A stretch of 64,000 nucleotides of DNA. Origin: Leptonemataceae bacterium. Its GTDB lineage: Bacteria; Spirochaetota; Leptospiria; Leptospirales; Leptonemataceae. A model generated the notes under the pieces. It did no database searches. It saw only the letters and a list, made by a program, of their open reading frames with translations, and was not told where the DNA came from. The stretch is from positions 1-64,000 of the forward strand of contig OZ245742.1 of the NCBI GenBank assembly GCA_965227295.1, in the 5' to 3' direction. Below are positions 40,066 through 50,090 of this stretch, piece after piece; position 1 is the first letter of the stretch, and each line of letters opens with the position of its first letter. The translations under genes were made by a program, and so were the position numbers.

Positions 40066-42410
40066 GTCGAGTAGGGTCAGCCCGTCACCGGGCCAACCCC
40101 CTCTAAGAACCGTACGTGCGAGTTTCCCCGCATACGGCTCAAGCAGTTCCCGCCTTACGATTCGCATGAATCTGCTGATGGCAGAAGAGATGTACAAGTT
40201 GAAGATTCAGGATGTGGCGTTCACCACCCTGCGAGAGCGGAACCTTGTGATGGATGTGCAGCTTTTCGCCGTTCTCCAGATCCGCGGCACAGAGCGGGCA
40301 AAGACCTTTCTGAATCATTGCGAGGGTACGATGATAGGGACGATCCATTTCCTTCACGGCCTTCAGGCGACGTTTTTCCCAGTATGATCTCAAATCGGGA
40401 TCATCGGGCGAAGCGTCACCACGCACCATAATGTGCGGTCGTTTTTTCACCCACGAGAGTTTTCTCAGTAAACGGAGTTTCCCTCGCGATGGATCAACGG
40501 TCGCGAACACCCAATGGTCAGAGCGTTCCGGATGGTGTCTTCCCCAATAGCGGGCTTTGGTCCAGCGTTTTCCCTTGTTGGAGTGTCGTCGGCGAGCCCA
40601 ACGCCAGAGGCGATGCCAGCAGAAGTGATCGACGCGTGCGAACACCTTGCTTGACGCACAGTGACGATAGTAATTTGCCCAGCCAATGAGCACGGGATTC
40701 AAAGCGTCGATCAGGGCGAGTTGGGGCGCGCCCTGGTATTGCCTGACAAGATCGCGAACGCGATCTCGCAGGCGACGCTCGTTGTCCCGGGAGGGACGAA
40801 TGAGAAGTTTCCGACCTTCGCGTGGATTGCGAAACATGGGATTCTTCGTCATTCGTTTCGTTCCCGATGCTTCCACCTGTTGGAGATGGAAACCCAGGAA
40901 TTCGAAACCGTCGCTGGCGTGAACAATCCGGGTTTTAGATTCCGATAATCGCAACCCGCGCCTGGAAAGCCAGTTCCCGAGCAACGGCAGTAACGCTTCC
41001 GCTTCGCTACGTGATCGGCAGAAGACCAGAAAGTCATCGGCGTAACGCACGAAGCGGTTGTTCGGAACGAACTCCTGCATACCATCGAGGGCGATATTGG
41101 CGAGCAAAGGAGAGATAACTCCCCCCTGAGGAGTACCGGATTCAGAATCCGAGAACACTTCGTTCTCAACCACTCCCGCCTTGAGCCATTGTTTGATCAG
41201 CTCGTATGCGGGGAATCGGTGAAGTTTGCGAAGCAGGAATTCATGGGAGATGCGGTCAAAGGCGCTTTCAATGTCGGCGTCAATGACCCACGGTGTGCGC
41301 GATGCTCCGCAGACCTGACGGAAGATCGTTTCGATAGCATCGTGAGCACTCCGGCCCGGACGAAATCCGTAGGATCGAGACTCGAATCGAGCTTCCCATT
41401 GAGGTTCCAACGCGTTTTTGACCATGGCCTGCATGGCCCGGTCCTGAATCGTTGGAATTCCCAGGGGTCTTTGTTTGCCGTTCGCTTTCGGGATGTAGAT
41501 TCTTCGTACCGGGGACGCCTTCCAGGGCTCGTGCAGAGCCAGGAAGTCAACCAGCTTTCCCCTCGCGGCCGGTGTCTTCAGGACGAGACCATCGACACCC
41601 GGCGTGAACTTGCCACGATTCTTCTGCGTCACCTGCCGCACGGCAAGCAGCCGATTGGAAAAGCTCCGCAGCATCAGTTTCTGCAGGGAGCGTACTTTGC
41701 GCACGTTGCCCTGTCTTTCGGCTCTGAATATTCGTTGCCGCAGACGACGTACTTCTTTCATGGCCCTCTGCCAGTCGACAGAGTTCCAGTCCGTAGCGGA
41801 CGCGTAATTCTCATCGCACGATGGTACGATGCCAGTCTCCGCATTTTCCTGAGTCGTCATTGCAAGTGTATTCAGTGAACTACCCTGTCGAAGTGGGCAC
41901 CCTTTCGAGTTGATCAAAAGATCTATTCGGCCGGTTATGATTTCCCGTTGCCTTTCGGCTGCCGACGTTCGCTTATTCGACAATCCCATACCCGCTGAGG
42001 AGTCCGGCCTTGTTTACACTCAGCTTGCCGGACATCGGTCCGGACCCCAACGGGCTTACCACGTTCCGCAGGTTGAAGATACGACGGGACAGGCACCCAA
42101 TATACCCCGGCGGCTGAGGTGGCTGCACCCGTGTGGTAGTATCACGGGTTCTCCTGTGCCGCGTTTCCTGGCATTCACCTCTGATCCAGGCGGTTTTTTA
42201 CGAAGGCTTACTCGGGTTCACTTACGTTTGCCATACCGTCTTTTCCGGTTGCCGGATCCAATGGAGGTTCATCGCGTCCGTTGCAACATCCCGGCAGCTT
42301 CGCACAGTCCGTTACCGTTCTGCGCGTGCCGGGCGGAAATGGAGCCAGCCACAGGCTCATCAGGTCAGTGTTCCACCTCCTGAACTTCTTCCAGCGACTT
42401 CGTGTCGCAC
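40066..42410 (-). mobile_element. Group II intron 2 (chloroplast-like type, with HNH domain)
   Basis: Minus strand starts GTGCGACACG, D5 gagccgtatgcggggaaactcgcacgtacggttc, ends ctcgAC. Confidence 0.92.
40139..41860 (-). CDS. ltrA: Group II intron RT/maturase/HNH endonuclease
   Basis: WNSVDW N-terminal domain, YADDF, CPLC..HIHH..NLQLVH..CH. Confidence 0.93.
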   Translation of the reverse strand: MTTQENAETGIVPSCDENYASATDWNSVDWQRAMKEVRRLRQRIFRAERQGNVRKVRSLQKLMLRSFSNRLLAVRQVTQKNRGKFTPGVDGLVLKTPAARGKLVDFLALHEPWKASPVRRIYIPKANGKQRPLGIPTIQDRAMQAMVKNALEPQWEARFESRSYGFRPGRSAHDAIETIFRQVCGASRTPWVIDADIESAFDRISHEFLLRKLHRFPAYELIKQWLKAGVVENEVFSDSESGTPQGGVISPLLANIALDGMQEFVPNNRFVRYADDFLVFCRSRSEAEALLPLLGNWLSRRGLRLSESKTRIVHASDGFEFLGFHLQQVEASGTKRMTKNPMFRNPREGRKLLIRPSRDNERRLRDRVRDLVRQYQGAPQLALIDALNPVLIGWANYYRHCASSKVFARVDHFCWHRLWRWARRRHSNKGKRWTKARYWGRHHPERSDHWVFATVDPSRGKLRLLRKLSWVKKRPHIMVRGDASPDDPDLRSYWEKRRLKAVKEMDRPYHRTLAMIQKGLCPLCAADLENGEKLHIHHKVPLSQGGERHILNLQLVHLFCHQQIHANRKAGTA

Positions 42411-42745
42411 ACTCCCGAAAAACCGATCTCATGCAACCTCCCGCCATTCAAAACGATGATGCAGCCCTCGCACACGCGGAATGGCAACGACTTTCGCGGA
42501 GGGCGACGGCCGGGAACGTGTCGCAGGTCATAATTACGAGTCCCTCAATATCCTCTCCGGGTATCAACAGTAACTTCCCGAACAACCAGCGTTAGTGATG
42601 CGAAGGGTGGCGCGCAGCGCCAGTCCGGAGCGCGAAGCGCGTAGGACCGCAGCGAAGCGGAGCCCGCAGCAGCACGACGGCCCGCCGCCTCCACGGCGCG
42701 GCGGGCCGGAACGCCCAAAAGAATTCCCAACTCCTGAGAGAATTC

Positions 42746-43188
42746 CTTAGGTTTACCCACGGGAGTGTTAGGAACGATGCTCGCGGCGATTGAGCAACAT
42801 GACGCGCATAAGCGGGATGCGAACTACAAGCTCGGTCGCGATTTGGTGAACAACTTCGGCACACCGTTCGGCGTGTTCGCCGATTACATTCCCGGCGTGG
42901 ATCGTTTTACCGATCTGATGGGCGATAAGGTCGGTCGCCTGTTCGCGCGCAATCCGATGATTCCGCAGTTGCTGATGCCGGTGGCGTATGGTTCGTATCA
43001 CGGCGGCACACGTGGGGCGGTGATGTCCGGTGTCGGGCTCGCGGCGACGGTGGCGAGTCGTTTTTTCAGCGCGGGCACAGTCGGCGTGAACGCCGGCTAT
43101 TCGTTTCAGGATGGTTACAGCGGCGGCGTGACGGTCGGCTTCGGTGAAGGTGATGTGAACTCAGACGTGGGCCTGAATTACAGTGAGG
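42746..43188 (+). pseudogene. Orphan diverged fragment of the giant toxin gene
   Basis: Matches about 25453-25890 (LGTML..IEQHDAHKRD...VGLNYSEV). Confidence 0.85.
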
Positions 43189-43277
43189 TCGAGGCGGGAC
43201 CTGATGTCGGGGGCAGCTCACCGCCAGTACACAAAAAAAACAACTTCCACAGAACAGGTCACATCTCCCAATGGGAC

Positions 43278-43793
43278 ATGCACATCGTCCGCTCCATCTT
43301 GACATCCGGATGCCTGACCTTACTCTCCGCAGTCGCTCTTCTCACATCCTGCATATACCTGACCCAAAGCTACAACGCAAGCGGACTGGAAGAGGACATG
43401 GAGCGACTGCTTGTACACACGGCCGGGTTGTCACCGCGCGACTTTGACTGCAAAATGATCGGAGCGTCGCGCGCGGGACTGTGCTTATTTCCATTGAACA
43501 GCACTGAGTTCGATGATCTCGCAAACCGCTTTGCACTGATCGCTCCGCCGGCTATCGAAAATCGCTACTTTGAAACCTGGGTGAACGCCGGTCACCCGGA
43601 ACCCGGCACAACGCGCGCCACGACGGAGCGCGGCTGCCGCTATCAATCCGGATTCGAGAACGCGCGGGTCGTGTTTACGCCCGAACCGAGAAAAGGCCCC
43701 ATCCGCGAACACATCCACTTCGAGTACTTCCTGCTCTTCCGAAACGCGACCACCGGCCAGGCCTGCGCACAAACATCTTACTCCTACGGATGA
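43278..43793 (+). CDS. Hypothetical lipoprotein
   Basis: MHIVRS... signal-like segment with LTSC. Confidence 0.55.
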   Translation: MHIVRSILTSGCLTLLSAVALLTSCIYLTQSYNASGLEEDMERLLVHTAGLSPRDFDCKMIGASRAGLCLFPLNSTEFDDLANRFALIAPPAIENRYFETWVNAGHPEPGTTRATTERGCRYQSGFENARVVFTPEPRKGPIREHIHFEYFLLFRNATTGQACAQTSYSYG

Positions 43794-43869
43794 GCCGGCG
43801 ACCAACAACGCAACGGCGCCTGCGGAGGATTGACGATTTCCGCCAGACTCATTACGTTACTGCATCACC

Positions 43870-44709
43870 ATGACCACGCCCCTCAAAGACACCACCACGC
43901 TCATCACCGGCATCACGGACGCCGGCTCCCTGGCCATGACCATCGCGAAGCAGGTCCTCGCCGAGGGCGGCAACATCATCTGCTCCGGCCTGGGACGCAC
44001 CGCGCATCATAGCGGGCTTTCCGACCGCGCCGCGGACTTTCTCGATACAACCTACGCCGCGTTCGAAGAAACGGTGCGGCAGGAACTCGGCGCCGACGTT
44101 CCGGCGTTCGCCCTGGACGTAACGCTGGACGGGAGCATCGAGGACTTCTGCAAAGCATTGCAGCAACGAAACATCACGCTCAACGGTTTGCTGCACAGCA
44201 TCGCCATGGATAAGACCATCAAAGCCGGCGTCGTCATCAAGTCCATCCTCGACGTAACGAAAGAAGAATTCTTCGGCGCCATGGACGTGTCCGCGTATTC
44301 CTTAGTTTCACTTACGCGAGGATTAGTGCACTCAAACATTTTGCAGAAGAATTCTTCGATCCTGGCGTTGAGTTACCTCGGCGCGGAAAAGGTCGCCTAT
44401 CATCCTTACAAAAACATCGGCGTGGCGAAGGCGGCGCTGGAACGCATCGTCGTGGAGCTGGCCCATGAACTCGGAATATCGCATCACATCAAAGTGAACG
44501 CCATTCGCTTTTCCCCGTACACGGGCAGCAAGGCGGGCAGCGCCATCCAGGGTCTCGCCGAGGCCGTAGAGTTTTGCGATCGCAACAGTCCGCTCGGAAA
44601 CGCGTTACCGGAGGACCTCGCCTACGAAGCCGCATATCTGTTGCGGCCCTACGGCCGCGTCACCGGAGAGATTCGCAACGTCGACGGCGGCTATCATATT
44701 CGCGGCTGA
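43870..44709 (+). CDS. fabI: Enoyl-ACP reductase
   Basis: LITGI...SLA, LHSIA, MDVSAYSL, LSYLGAE...Y..IGVAKAALE, VDGG. Confidence 0.85.
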   Translation: MTTPLKDTTTLITGITDAGSLAMTIAKQVLAEGGNIICSGLGRTAHHSGLSDRAADFLDTTYAAFEETVRQELGADVPAFALDVTLDGSIEDFCKALQQRNITLNGLLHSIAMDKTIKAGVVIKSILDVTKEEFFGAMDVSAYSLVSLTRGLVHSNILQKNSSILALSYLGAEKVAYHPYKNIGVAKAALERIVVELAHELGISHHIKVNAIRFSPYTGSKAGSAIQGLAEAVEFCDRNSPLGNALPEDLAYEAAYLLRPYGRVTGEIRNVDGGYHIRG

Positions 44710-44729
44710 ACGCGCAACGCATCAAATGA

Positions 44730-45263
44730 CTACAGACCCTCCGCCGCACTGCCGCCACGAAGCCGCCCGGCCCCAATCCAGCCGAACTCTCGCTCATCGT
44801 TCACAAAACCGGCGAACTCAAACGCGTCCGTCGACAAACCCTCGCTCAACGTAAGTTTACCCCGCACGCCCGCCCCCATGCGATACAGCACAATCGAGGG
44901 CGAGTCCTGCCAGGTCAGCGTATAATGAAAGGCGTCCACGATCACGTCGTCCCGCAGTTTCAGCGCGAGCAAATGCCGCACCGGCCGCCGGCCTTCCGAG
45001 GTGTCTCCCGTCGTGTCCGCGTAGTAACGACGCACGGTAAAGTCCCCCGGCACCGTCTTGAGGTTGCCGACCGGGTAGCCCTTCGCGCCGTCGAAGGTCG
45101 GCACCGGCGGCGGCGCGCCGTCAATCTCGCGCAACCAATCGTAACCAAAATCGGCGCGCGGCTCTGCCTGCACGAGGCGATACACGAGACCGGCCGCCTC
45201 CGGCTGCGCACCGGGCGAACACAAAGCAAAACCGAACAGAATCAGAACAATACTACGTTTCAT
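44730..45263 (-). CDS. Hypothetical exported protein
   Basis: Signal peptide, plausible ORF. Confidence 0.55.
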   Translation of the reverse strand: MKRSIVLILFGFALCSPGAQPEAAGLVYRLVQAEPRADFGYDWLREIDGAPPPVPTFDGAKGYPVGNLKTVPGDFTVRRYYADTTGDTSEGRRPVRHLLALKLRDDVIVDAFHYTLTWQDSPSIVLYRMGAGVRGKLTLSEGLSTDAFEFAGFVNDEREFGWIGAGRLRGGSAAEGL

Positions 45264-45434
45264 AAACCATGATCCTCGCCGCTACCTTGCCGACAACATC
45301 CTTTAAGAGCTTGCGCATCGCGTCGCGTCGCGAGACAGGATGATAGACGATGGCCTACAACCGCTGGTTCGTCGAGAAAAATAAATGAAGCCACAAAAAC
45401 TTGACCGGCGACACGTGCGCATACACAACAGTGT

Positions 45435-46448
45435 ATGCCCCGTCCCCCACGCATCGCCGTAATCATCGCCACCCTCCTGCTCATTAGCGCATCATCTTTC
45501 GCGCAAACTACCGATCTCGAAGCCGGCCTGCGCTATCGCACGTACGCCTCCGGCAGCGCGGACGAACCGTACCAGGAGTCCCCGCTCGGCGAAAACGTAC
45601 AGGAGTATGCGCCCCTCTTAGAACTATCCAACGCGCTCGTGCAGCAGGTCATTAACGGCGACTACGGAAAGATGTACGATCAACACTTCTCACCGCGCCT
45701 CAAAGAAGAAATGTCCCGCGAATGGTTGGTCGGCCGACTCAGCGAACTCACGGCCTTCGCCGGGCCGGCCCGGAAGTACAAACCGAAGCAATGGCGCTTC
45801 TCGTTGCGCAAACACCAGGGCCGCCGCATCCTGCTGAGCACGAAGATCGTCGAACACCAACGCACGAAAATCGTCTACCAGCTAACCGTATTTCCGAAAG
45901 ACTTAAAGCGCATCGTCGGCTTTCAGTTCACGCCGCTGGAAGGCGACACCCGGCCGCAACTGCGCGCCGCCTTTCATTCCCGGGACGTCGCCGCCCCGGG
46001 CATAGAACACGGCCAGTTTCCCCCGCCGGACGAGGAGACCGCGCAGGCATACGCGGGGCTTCTGAAACTCGCCAATACCATTCTCGAACTCCGCCGGAAA
46101 CAGGATCACGCCGCCGTCTACGAACGACACTTCTCAGCGCTCGCGAAACTCCTTGTCAGCCGCGGCGAGTACGAAGGCCAGGCCGCCCAGCTTACGAACC
46201 TGGCGGGGCCCATCCAACGCTTCGACCCCGCCGAATGGCACCTGGAAATCTTCGAATACCTGGGCCGGGAGGCCGCCATCCTCACGAAGACCGTGGAACA
46301 CGAACACGGCATCGTCCTCCATCGCTTCCACGTTTTCCCGGAAGATCCCACGAAGCTCGTCGGGATCCAGACGATTCCGCGCGAACTGCGGCCGCGGGCC
46401 CCGGAGTATTTCTTCGAAAAAGACGGTGAGATGGTTCCGGTAGATTAG
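45435..46448 (+). CDS. Exported protein with two tandem homologous domains
   Basis: Y..LL.L.N...Y..HFS...L...AGP...W...K.VEH motif occurs twice. Confidence 0.65.
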   Translation: MPRPPRIAVIIATLLLISASSFAQTTDLEAGLRYRTYASGSADEPYQESPLGENVQEYAPLLELSNALVQQVINGDYGKMYDQHFSPRLKEEMSREWLVGRLSELTAFAGPARKYKPKQWRFSLRKHQGRRILLSTKIVEHQRTKIVYQLTVFPKDLKRIVGFQFTPLEGDTRPQLRAAFHSRDVAAPGIEHGQFPPPDEETAQAYAGLLKLANTILELRRKQDHAAVYERHFSALAKLLVSRGEYEGQAAQLTNLAGPIQRFDPAEWHLEIFEYLGREAAILTKTVEHEHGIVLHRFHVFPEDPTKLVGIQTIPRELRPRAPEYFFEKDGEMVPVD

Positions 46449-46469
46449 TAACACAACAGACTCGCTTCC

Positions 46470-47414
46470 ATGCCCGACTTCCAGCACAGCCTCACCGAAA
46501 TTTACGAACGCTACCGCGGCGAAACCGGCGGCCGCGTCGCCACGTACATTCCGCAACTCGCGGAGGTCGATCCGAACCTCTACGCCGTCAGCGCGGTAAC
46601 ATGCGATGGGCGCACCTTTAGCATCGGAGACAGCGACGCCCGTTTCACCATCCAGTCCACATCAAAGCCGTTCAGCTATGCCCTCGCCCTGGAACATTAC
46701 GGCGAAGAGTACGTCCTTGCCCGCGTCGGCGTAGAACCCACCGGCGAGGACTACCATTCCATCACGAAGCTGGACCAAATGCAACGGCCCATGAATCCCA
46801 TGGTGAACAGCGGCGCCCTCGCCGTATGCAGCCTGCTCACGGCCGCGGGTGTAAGTATCGACGACGTCATCGCCCGCTACAGTGCCGCCGCCGGCGAGAG
46901 CGTTCGCGTCGATCAGGCAACCTACGCATCCGAAATGGGCACCACCGACGGCAACCGCGCCATCGTCTACCTGCTGCGCAAGTTCAACGTTCTCGCCGCC
47001 GACCCACTGGATACCCTGGAGCTCTACGTTAAGATCTGTTCCCTGCAAACTACGGCGAAGGGCCTGGCAACCATGGGCGCGACCCTGGCGAACGGCGGGC
47101 GGAATCCGCGGACCGGTAGCACCGCCCTGCCGCCGGAGCACGTCCGCGACGTGCTCAGCGTAATGCTCACGTGCGGCATGTACAACTATGCCGGCCAGTG
47201 GGTTTACGACGTCGGCGTTCCGGCGAAGAGCGGCGTCTCGGGCGCGGTGCTGATGATCGTACCGTCGGTCATGGCCGTGTGCGTGTATTCGCCGCGCCTG
47301 GACGAACGCGGCACGTCCGTGCGCGGCATCGCAACGTGCAAAGACATCTCCGCGCGCCACCGTCTGCATCTGCTGCACCCGGCGTGCCCTAAAGATCCAG
47401 GCGCCGTCACTTAG
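46470..47414 (+). CDS. glsA: Glutaminase A
   Basis: VATYIPQLA, FTIQSTSK, NPMVNSGA, TCGMYNYAG, PAKSGVSG. Confidence 0.95.
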   Translation: MPDFQHSLTEIYERYRGETGGRVATYIPQLAEVDPNLYAVSAVTCDGRTFSIGDSDARFTIQSTSKPFSYALALEHYGEEYVLARVGVEPTGEDYHSITKLDQMQRPMNPMVNSGALAVCSLLTAAGVSIDDVIARYSAAAGESVRVDQATYASEMGTTDGNRAIVYLLRKFNVLAADPLDTLELYVKICSLQTTAKGLATMGATLANGGRNPRTGSTALPPEHVRDVLSVMLTCGMYNYAGQWVYDVGVPAKSGVSGAVLMIVPSVMAVCVYSPRLDERGTSVRGIATCKDISARHRLHLLHPACPKDPGAVT

Positions 47415-47429
47415 GACACAGCCCCTCCG

Positions 47430-48128
47430 CGACTTACTTCATGCTTCTCACGGCAATCGCAACGAACCGCAGCTCTTGAATTACCGGAAACGCTCGGACA
47501 GTTCGCGCACGCCCCGGATCGTAGTGTAAGTGGCGGTCAGTTTGCATTAAGACTTTTTTGGGTACGGCTGGTTCCAGCAGACGGGCGGAGGTCATGCCGG
47601 GGAACGTGGTAAGGCGCACCGGAACGGCGTCTTCGTCGTAAGAAACGTTCCGATCGCTGAGTCGCACAACCGGCGCCCGGGTCGACTCTCGCGTTCTTTG
47701 CAAAACGAATCACCACAACTCCCGCAAAGCCGTAGCCAAATCAATCCCTTCACCATTGCGCAACTTACCTTGTGTGTCTCACGGTAAACGCCGCGAGATA
47801 CAGCTCTTGAACTACCGGAAACGTTTGATTCGTTCGAACACGCCCCGAATCGTAGTGTAAGTGGCGGCCGATGTATACTAAGCCTTTTATGGTTACAACT
47901 GGTTCCAGCTAACGAGCGGAGGTCATGCCGGGGAGCATGGTAAGGCGGACCGGAACGGCGTCTTCGGCGTGGGGAACGTTACGATACCTGAGTCGCACAA
48001 CCAGCGTCCGGGTCGACTTCAGCGTGCTTTGCCAAACGAAAATCCACAACTCCCGCTCAGCCGTAGCCAAAAAAGTCCTTTTACCATTGCGTAACTTACC
48101 TTGTGTGTCTCACGGCAAACGCCGCGAG
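47430..48128. repeat. ~331-bp tandem intergenic repeat, locus A (2 units plus partial)
   Basis: cagctcttgaa.taccggaaacg recurs at 47470 and 47801. Confidence 0.85.
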
Positions 48129-48174
48129 GACTTGCGGTTCATTTGCAAGCCCTCGAATCGTGCCGCCTGACGCA

Positions 48175-48663
48175 TCATTCAAAGCCGATCCAGGTTCCAC
48201 CGCAGTTCGCGGCGCAGCACGTCTGGCCCTCGGCGACCGTACTGAGGCCGTCGCACGAACTATCGCAGCGCGCGTAGCTCTCGTAGAAACGGAACTCGGA
48301 GTACAAAACGTGAAAAGGACCGGCTAACCGGGGAGGGTAGCCTTCGCGAGCACACCAGCCCACACCGGAAGTCACCCGCACCGTCGAGCAGGGCGCCGTT
48401 GAAATCGTCGTCTGAATCCAGCCGCGAGAAGACGGAGTCAGGTGATTCGGCGAAACACCGACCGGCGCAAAATAATCATAGCATTCATTATCGAAGAAAC
48501 CGGAGAGAAAGTACGTGGTACTCCCCACAAACACCCGGGGGCCGGCCAGGAAATTCAACTGCGTAATCAGAGCCAGCTCCACATCCCGCTCCCGATCCGA
48601 CATCCCACCGTTTGAGCAGGAAATCGTCAGCATTAAAGCAACCACCGCAATCTTGCACCGCAT
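48175..48663 (-). CDS. Cys-rich lipoprotein
   Basis: MRCKIAVVALMLTISC lipobox-like signal. Confidence 0.55.
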   Translation of the reverse strand: MRCKIAVVALMLTISCSNGGMSDRERDVELALITQLNFLAGPRVFVGSTTYFLSGFFDNECYDYFAPVGVSPNHLTPSSRGWIQTTISTAPCSTVRVTSGVGWCAREGYPPRLAGPFHVLYSEFRFYESYARCDSSCDGLSTVAEGQTCCAANCGGTWIGFE

Positions 48664-48831
48664 GATACACGTACCCGGGCTACGATCAGCCGGCCGCACA
48701 AAGCAGCAAGATCGCAGAGACAACCGCTCCGCCCATGAAAGGTCTCATCACACGCAATACACCCGGCAATGCGTTTCATCTCACACAATTTTTCGCTCGC
48801 GCGAACTGTGCCCGCCGCTATCATCGAGCCG

Positions 48832-50004
48832 ATGCCCGCCCCGCACCCGGCCCTCATCGCGTACGTCGCCCTGGTCTTCAGCGGCGCGGCCATCGCCTTG
48901 CTGCTCGCCGCGGGCCAGCTCTTAATCCGCAATCGCAATCCCGGCAACCGCCTGCTCTTCTACCTCTACGGCAGCATCGGCATCATCGAACTCCAGAGCG
49001 CGGTCTTCGCCGGCAGCCCGTACATACGCGAGGCCGCGCCCCATCTCATGCGCTACTCGTATCTGCTGCTGCTCTTACCGGGACCGCTCACGTTCGTATT
49101 TATTCGCGACATCCTGCTCATGCGCACGCTGCGCTACCCGCTCATCCACTTCGTCATCCCCGCCGTCTTTACCGCACTCATGCTGCCCTTCGGCGTCCTC
49201 GACGTGTTCAGCATGATGGGATTGCTCCAGTGCGCGGGCGCGTGCATCGCCATCAGCAACGCCTACATCACGGCAACGTACTATCTCGACCCGGTGGCGA
49301 ACCTCATCCTGCTCGCGTATCTCGGGCTCATCACCGTGCTCCTGCTGCGCAGCCACGCGGACTTTGTATCCGGCCGAAACACGGTCTATGCGGTCAGCAC
49401 GGTCCTTTTGTTATCCATCGGGGCGGTGCTCGCGAATCTCGCCGGCTTTCTCACCCGCGCGTTCATCGAGCCGGAGTCCCTGCTCTTCTCCGGCATCGGC
49501 TCAATCATGCTGACGCTCATCGTCTACCTGGTCCTGCTCTTCGCCCACGTCTTCCCGGAGCTGCTCTACGTCATGCGGCCCATGCAGGCCTACGACCGCG
49601 ACCGCGTCGCCTCCCCCGTGCGGGACCTGGACATCGAACGGCTCTACGGCGAACTCACACTATTAATGGAAGAAGAACGATTGTACCAGGACGAGGACCT
49701 CCAGCTCGGCCGCGTCGCGGATGCCCTGGAGGTACGCCCGAATCAGCTGACCTACTTTCTGAACCACGTCGTCGGCAAGAACTTCGCCGCCTACGTGAAC
49801 TCCTTTCGCGTCCGCGAGGCCCGGCGACTCCTCGTCGACGAGCCGGACCGGCCGGTCCTGAGCATCGGCTTTGCCGTGGGCTTCAACTCCAAGGCGGCCT
49901 TCTATCGGGCCTTTCAGCATCTCACCGGGCTCACCCCCGCCACCTACCGCCGCCGAAATCGGCACCGGGGTCAGAGGTCTCAAAAATCACATCCAGAAAA
50001 TTGA
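48832..50004 (+). CDS. Membrane-anchored AraC family regulator
   Basis: TM N-terminus; LYQDEDL..., NF..YVN.FRV, VGFNSK..FYRAF. Confidence 0.9.
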   Translation: MPAPHPALIAYVALVFSGAAIALLLAAGQLLIRNRNPGNRLLFYLYGSIGIIELQSAVFAGSPYIREAAPHLMRYSYLLLLLPGPLTFVFIRDILLMRTLRYPLIHFVIPAVFTALMLPFGVLDVFSMMGLLQCAGACIAISNAYITATYYLDPVANLILLAYLGLITVLLLRSHADFVSGRNTVYAVSTVLLLSIGAVLANLAGFLTRAFIEPESLLFSGIGSIMLTLIVYLVLLFAHVFPELLYVMRPMQAYDRDRVASPVRDLDIERLYGELTLLMEEERLYQDEDLQLGRVADALEVRPNQLTYFLNHVVGKNFAAYVNSFRVREARRLLVDEPDRPVLSIGFAVGFNSKAAFYRAFQHLTGLTPATYRRRNRHRGQRSQKSHPEN

Positions 50005-50090
50005 GACCGTCTCAAAATTCACGCGACATGCAATGAGGCGACCAGTATGATCAAACCGGCTACAATTCGCCAACAACTGGAGAAATCGCC

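Noticed and set aside
32446-41989. RTs as DGR, retron or defence RTs diversifying the toxin or transposases
   Set aside because: Both have group II intron 5' GTGCG, D5/D6 3' ends and maturase domains; the repeat differences are not adenine-specific
40063-43231. Single transposon bounded by TGTACT...AGTACA
   Set aside because: Only 6 bp of inverted match and no target duplication; kept only as possible unrelated ends
42765-43793. 342-aa ORF as a real toxin-lipoprotein fusion
   Set aside because: Toxin fragment, a non-coding-looking linker with an A-run and a separate signal-peptide gene appear to be in frame by chance
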